Shown here: positions 60,308-64,000 of the stretch, in pieces
How positions within the stretch are numbered: position 1 is the first letter of the stretch
Layout of the letters: every line of letters begins with the position of its first letter
Assembly: GCF_964355755.1 (NCBI RefSeq)
Contig: NC_092677.1
Coordinates: forward strand, 25,221,175-25,285,174
From: Antedon mediterranea
Lineage: Eukaryota > Animalia > Echinodermata
DNA length: 64,000 nucleotides
Direction: 5' to 3'
The notes under the pieces: generated by a model
Database searches by the model: none
Seen by the model: the letters and a program-made list of their open reading frames with translations, nothing else
Told to the model about the DNA's origin: nothing
Made by a program: the position numbers and the translations under genes

Positions 60308-62824
60308 GTTGGCTTGGTCATGAAACAAATAGATTCATGATGATTGGTTTGGCTTCACGGTGATTGGTCTGGCGATGAACAATTTGACTTTATGGTGAAG
60401 GGTTTGGTTTCGCGATGAACGATCTGGCTTCACGATGAATGATTTTTCGATAAATCGTTTGACTTGACGGCGACCGATGTGACTTCACGATGAATGGGTT
60501 GGTTTGACGATGAATGATTTCACATGACAATGCATGGCTTGACAATGAATGGTTTTACTTGACAATGAATTGAATGAAATGATAATAAATGGTGTGGCTG
60601 GACGGTGAATGATGTAGGTTCAGGTTGATTGTTTACATGAATGTATTGTTGTTGAATGGTATGGATTGAGGACTTTTGGCGGATTTGGCTTGCCATACAG
60701 TTTCTCCTAAAATGCTCGGAAGTAAGTTAATTTATTGAAAATTATAAAAATCAAAGAGCTGCATAGGCAGAGTATATGAATACTGTAGATAAAATCAAAA
60801 ACAAAATTTTAACTCTGCCTTAAAACATGTTTTGGGCATAGCACGTCATCAGGTAAAGTGAATTGTTACAACAAGAAAATATGAAGTCAACAAAGAACAA
60901 CTGTCAGTGGCTAATCAAAGTTGGTTAAAACAAAAGACAATTGGAAAATACCTATGTACATGGCACATCCGGATTGTCTGCAATTTTTAGATTAGATTTT
61001 TATATGCGACTCTATAGCTCACGATGTCGGTTGGTAAACACTATAACTCATATTCATATTTTTTCGTTATTTAGACAATGGATATTAATACTTGGATGCA
61101 AATATAAATGTTTTTCAAAAATGTTCAACATTTTAAAACATTTTCAGCAATTTCGGTTAGTCGGTCGGTCGGTAAACACTAACTCATATTTACATTCCTT
61201 GTTTTAAATGTTCGTTATATGGTTTATTTATGATAAAAAGAGAATATCTTGGTGTTTGTTGCTTTTTTCACATCATTATCATCATGTTCAGCTGTATGGG
61301 TGTTGTTGCATGTTTGCCCAAACCAGTTATGACGTTAATTTGTTTTCATCTTTAAATAGTTAAAAAGTTAAAGTCTAGGCTTGCCAGTTAGAGAACATTC
61401 AAGAGTGCATTCTCTTTTAAAACAAGGAATGACCTGGTTTCATGTTTCTAAATGCATTATTTTTACAAATAAAATGGTCTTTACATTTGTTTTTGACAAT
61501 CCGGAGTATAATATATGCCATGTACATACTCTAGTGTTTGCCAATTGGGCATTTTCATGCAAAATGTATATGACCAGGTCTGAAAATTTCATTTTCACAG
61601 TATCATAACGTCTATACATTTCATAAATTACATAAAAGTTATACTTCTATGAACAAAAATAATTATGTAATTTCTATAATAAAATAATAAAAAATAACGT
61701 TGTGATTTCAACAAAACACTAATTCGCGTATGTAACACGAGTTAAAACTTTAATTTTATTCATATACTCTGCCTATGCAACTCTTTGATTTTTAAAATTT
61801 TCAATAATTCAACTTACTTCTGAGCATTTTAGGGCAAACTTTTGTATTAGACTAAATAGAAATGTACATGTTCCAAACAATTTGACACCAAAAGTAACGC
61901 TATACGACAAATACTGTCTCGAGATACGGTAAAAGATATATGAATAGGTCAATAAGAGGTCAATAACCTCACTTCCGGTCATTTTGGGATAAAATATTTC
62001 ATTACACCAAATAAAAATATGCATGTTCTGAACAATTTGGACCTAATCCCAATTTTCTATGATAAGCCATTACCGAGATATGATAAGACCAGGTCAAAGG
62101 TCAAACTGCCAGAAACTGCAGTAGCGACCATTTTTGACAACATTTTCTGTTAGAGCAAATAGGAATGTATATATCGTGAACTATTTGACACCAAAATCTA
62201 TACTCTATGACAAGCGGTTACAAAGTTATAGACTAATTTTAAAAAATAGCAGCCATTTTGGACGCCATCTTGGATTTCTCGGAGAGCACAAGGAGGATTT
62301 TTCGGGACTTTTAGTATGATGTTCCAAGCATAGTTCTGGACCTTTCCTGCAAAAATTAGCTTGTTACCAGAAATGTCCGGGTCAAACCCTAATGCTCATG
62401 GGCTAAATGTTAATTAGAATATACCATCGAAAAATTGCCATAGAAATTGATATTAATATGGTTAATGATAAACTGTTTTTTTTATAGTGGACTAACGGCG
62501 CATACTCAAAGTGAATTGAATATCACGGTATTATTGTATGTATCTATACAAAGTGTGTGTATTTATTGTTGTACATCATTATTATTCTCGAGGGTAGTTT
62601 ATCATTTGTTCGTTTTATTTAGTACGCCTGTCGTTATTGTTGGAGTATTATTATATTGGGGCATGAGCAGTCACAAAGAATGGTAAAAACCTACTCAATA
62701 ATAATCTTAGCCTACGAGGTTTAAACATGAACATGTCTATTTAGCGAATCATCGAGATTGTTTTTTTGAAAGACAGTTCAGGAATGCATAAGTTTTAGTA
62801 CGGGTATATTAGCTGCCAGACAAT

Positions 62825-64000
62825 ATGTCTTGTGACACTAAAGGCATATGCGATTTTTTCAAGAAACACTGGTCGATTGTAATAGTTTTTACTGCATTTA
62901 TAAATAACATTTTTTATTCTGGATTCATACACAGCTACAACTTACTCTACCTTGAACTCCATAATACATTTAATTCAACGGCTACACAGACAGGTGAGTA
63001 TGTTTTGTCTCACATAGCGTTTCATACGTATCACAGTACGTATGATGGATAGAAACGTCGACTGACTGTGGAATACGCCAACAACATAAAAAAGAAAATA
63101 CCTGTAATCAAGGCAATCTAGCAAAAGGACACTGCGCTCTCCTTGTCATGATAGGAACTCGTAACAGTCCTTAGATATTATGTCTGGCTGCGACAAATAC
63201 CAACAGTACTGTACTATGTACATATGCGGCGCGTGGAACTGATCGTATCGCAGCCACAGATAAACCCTTTGATCCCCGGAGCTCAGCATCCTGTTGATGT
63301 TCGATTGCCTTGCTAGAGACGTAACAACAACATAATACTAAAATTGTAAATATATTTTCAGGTATTCCTGGAGCTGTATCAGTGTCGTTATTCAGTGGGT
63401 GCTGCATTTTCGTAACCTTTATCTTTCAAAAGATTGGGCACCAGAAGACCGTTATCCTCGGAGTCACACTCTGCTGTCTGGGACTGCTGGTGTCATCCTT
63501 TTCTCAGCGCATCACGTGGTTATATATTACATATGGTGTTTTCTATGGATTCGGTATCTGCTGTATATACATGAGCTTTACTGATAAAATTATGAGAAGT
63601 TTCAAAAAGAGATATTCATCAACGGTAACGTGTACAGCATTTATTGGTGCAAGTCTAGGTAAGACTTTAATACGAGTAAATATAATATTCTTAAAAGCTT
63701 TACGTCCTACTCCTTCATGGTGAACTGGGCCTTTGACTGAAGAGGCTACCCAGTATAAAGAAATAATAATAATAATAATAATAATAGAAAGAAAATAATA
63801 AATGATGACATTAAAATGCGTGCGCAGAATTACTCTTTTTACTCGGTAGTCTGCGAGTTACGCGTGCGCGTCCTGAAAGATCCCTACTAAAAACAACATG
63901 TGCGTTATTTTGTAGGTATTATGCTTGCACCTGTTATCGAATGGTTATACAAGCAGTATAAATGGAGAGTGACATTACGAATATTTAGCGGTGTATTCGC
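62825..64000 (+). CDS. SLC16/MCT-like transporter, tandem copy C (truncated by window end)
   Basis: Exons 62825-62993, 63362-63658, 63916->64000. Confidence 0.88.

Larger units (their letters stand above)
49429..64000 (+). repeat. Recent tandem segmental duplication, ~6.49-kb unit, at least 2.2 copies
   Basis: AAATGTTAATTAGAATATACCATCG starts units at ~49429, 55921 and 62405. Exons, introns, MITE, minisatellite and TIR element are all repeated with few differences. Confidence 0.97.

Overview
AT-rich animal genomic DNA (spliceosomal introns, SINE/LINE/MITE remnants; an invertebrate origin is an inference). No prokaryotic, CRISPR or RNA-gene signal. Left to right: (1) a satellite array (1-~9490) of alternating ~480/~425-bp monomers, each with two 11-6-11 palindromes, then a ~2.8-kb zone of hairpin-shaped ~195-bp repeats; (2) a complete 18-coding-exon RECQL4 helicase gene on the minus strand (12609-30326, ~1477 aa by my exon assembly) with one GC-AG intron. 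Its introns hold an antisense Mag-like Ty3/Gypsy LTR retrotransposon (identical 136-bp TG..TA LTRs, CCATC TSD, disabled pol), a Helentron-type non-autonomous element, MITEs and SINEs; (3) a galactose-3-O-sulfotransferase pseudogene plus a partial duplicate, lying antisense between the exons of a small minus-strand gene that appears to encode a DZIP3-like HEPN domain and possibly two C-terminal TM helices; (4) four SLC16/MCT-like transporter genes, the last three in a recent ~6.49-kb tandem duplication whose junction coincides with a putative transposon end. All exon boundaries and domain calls were read by eye; no searches were run.
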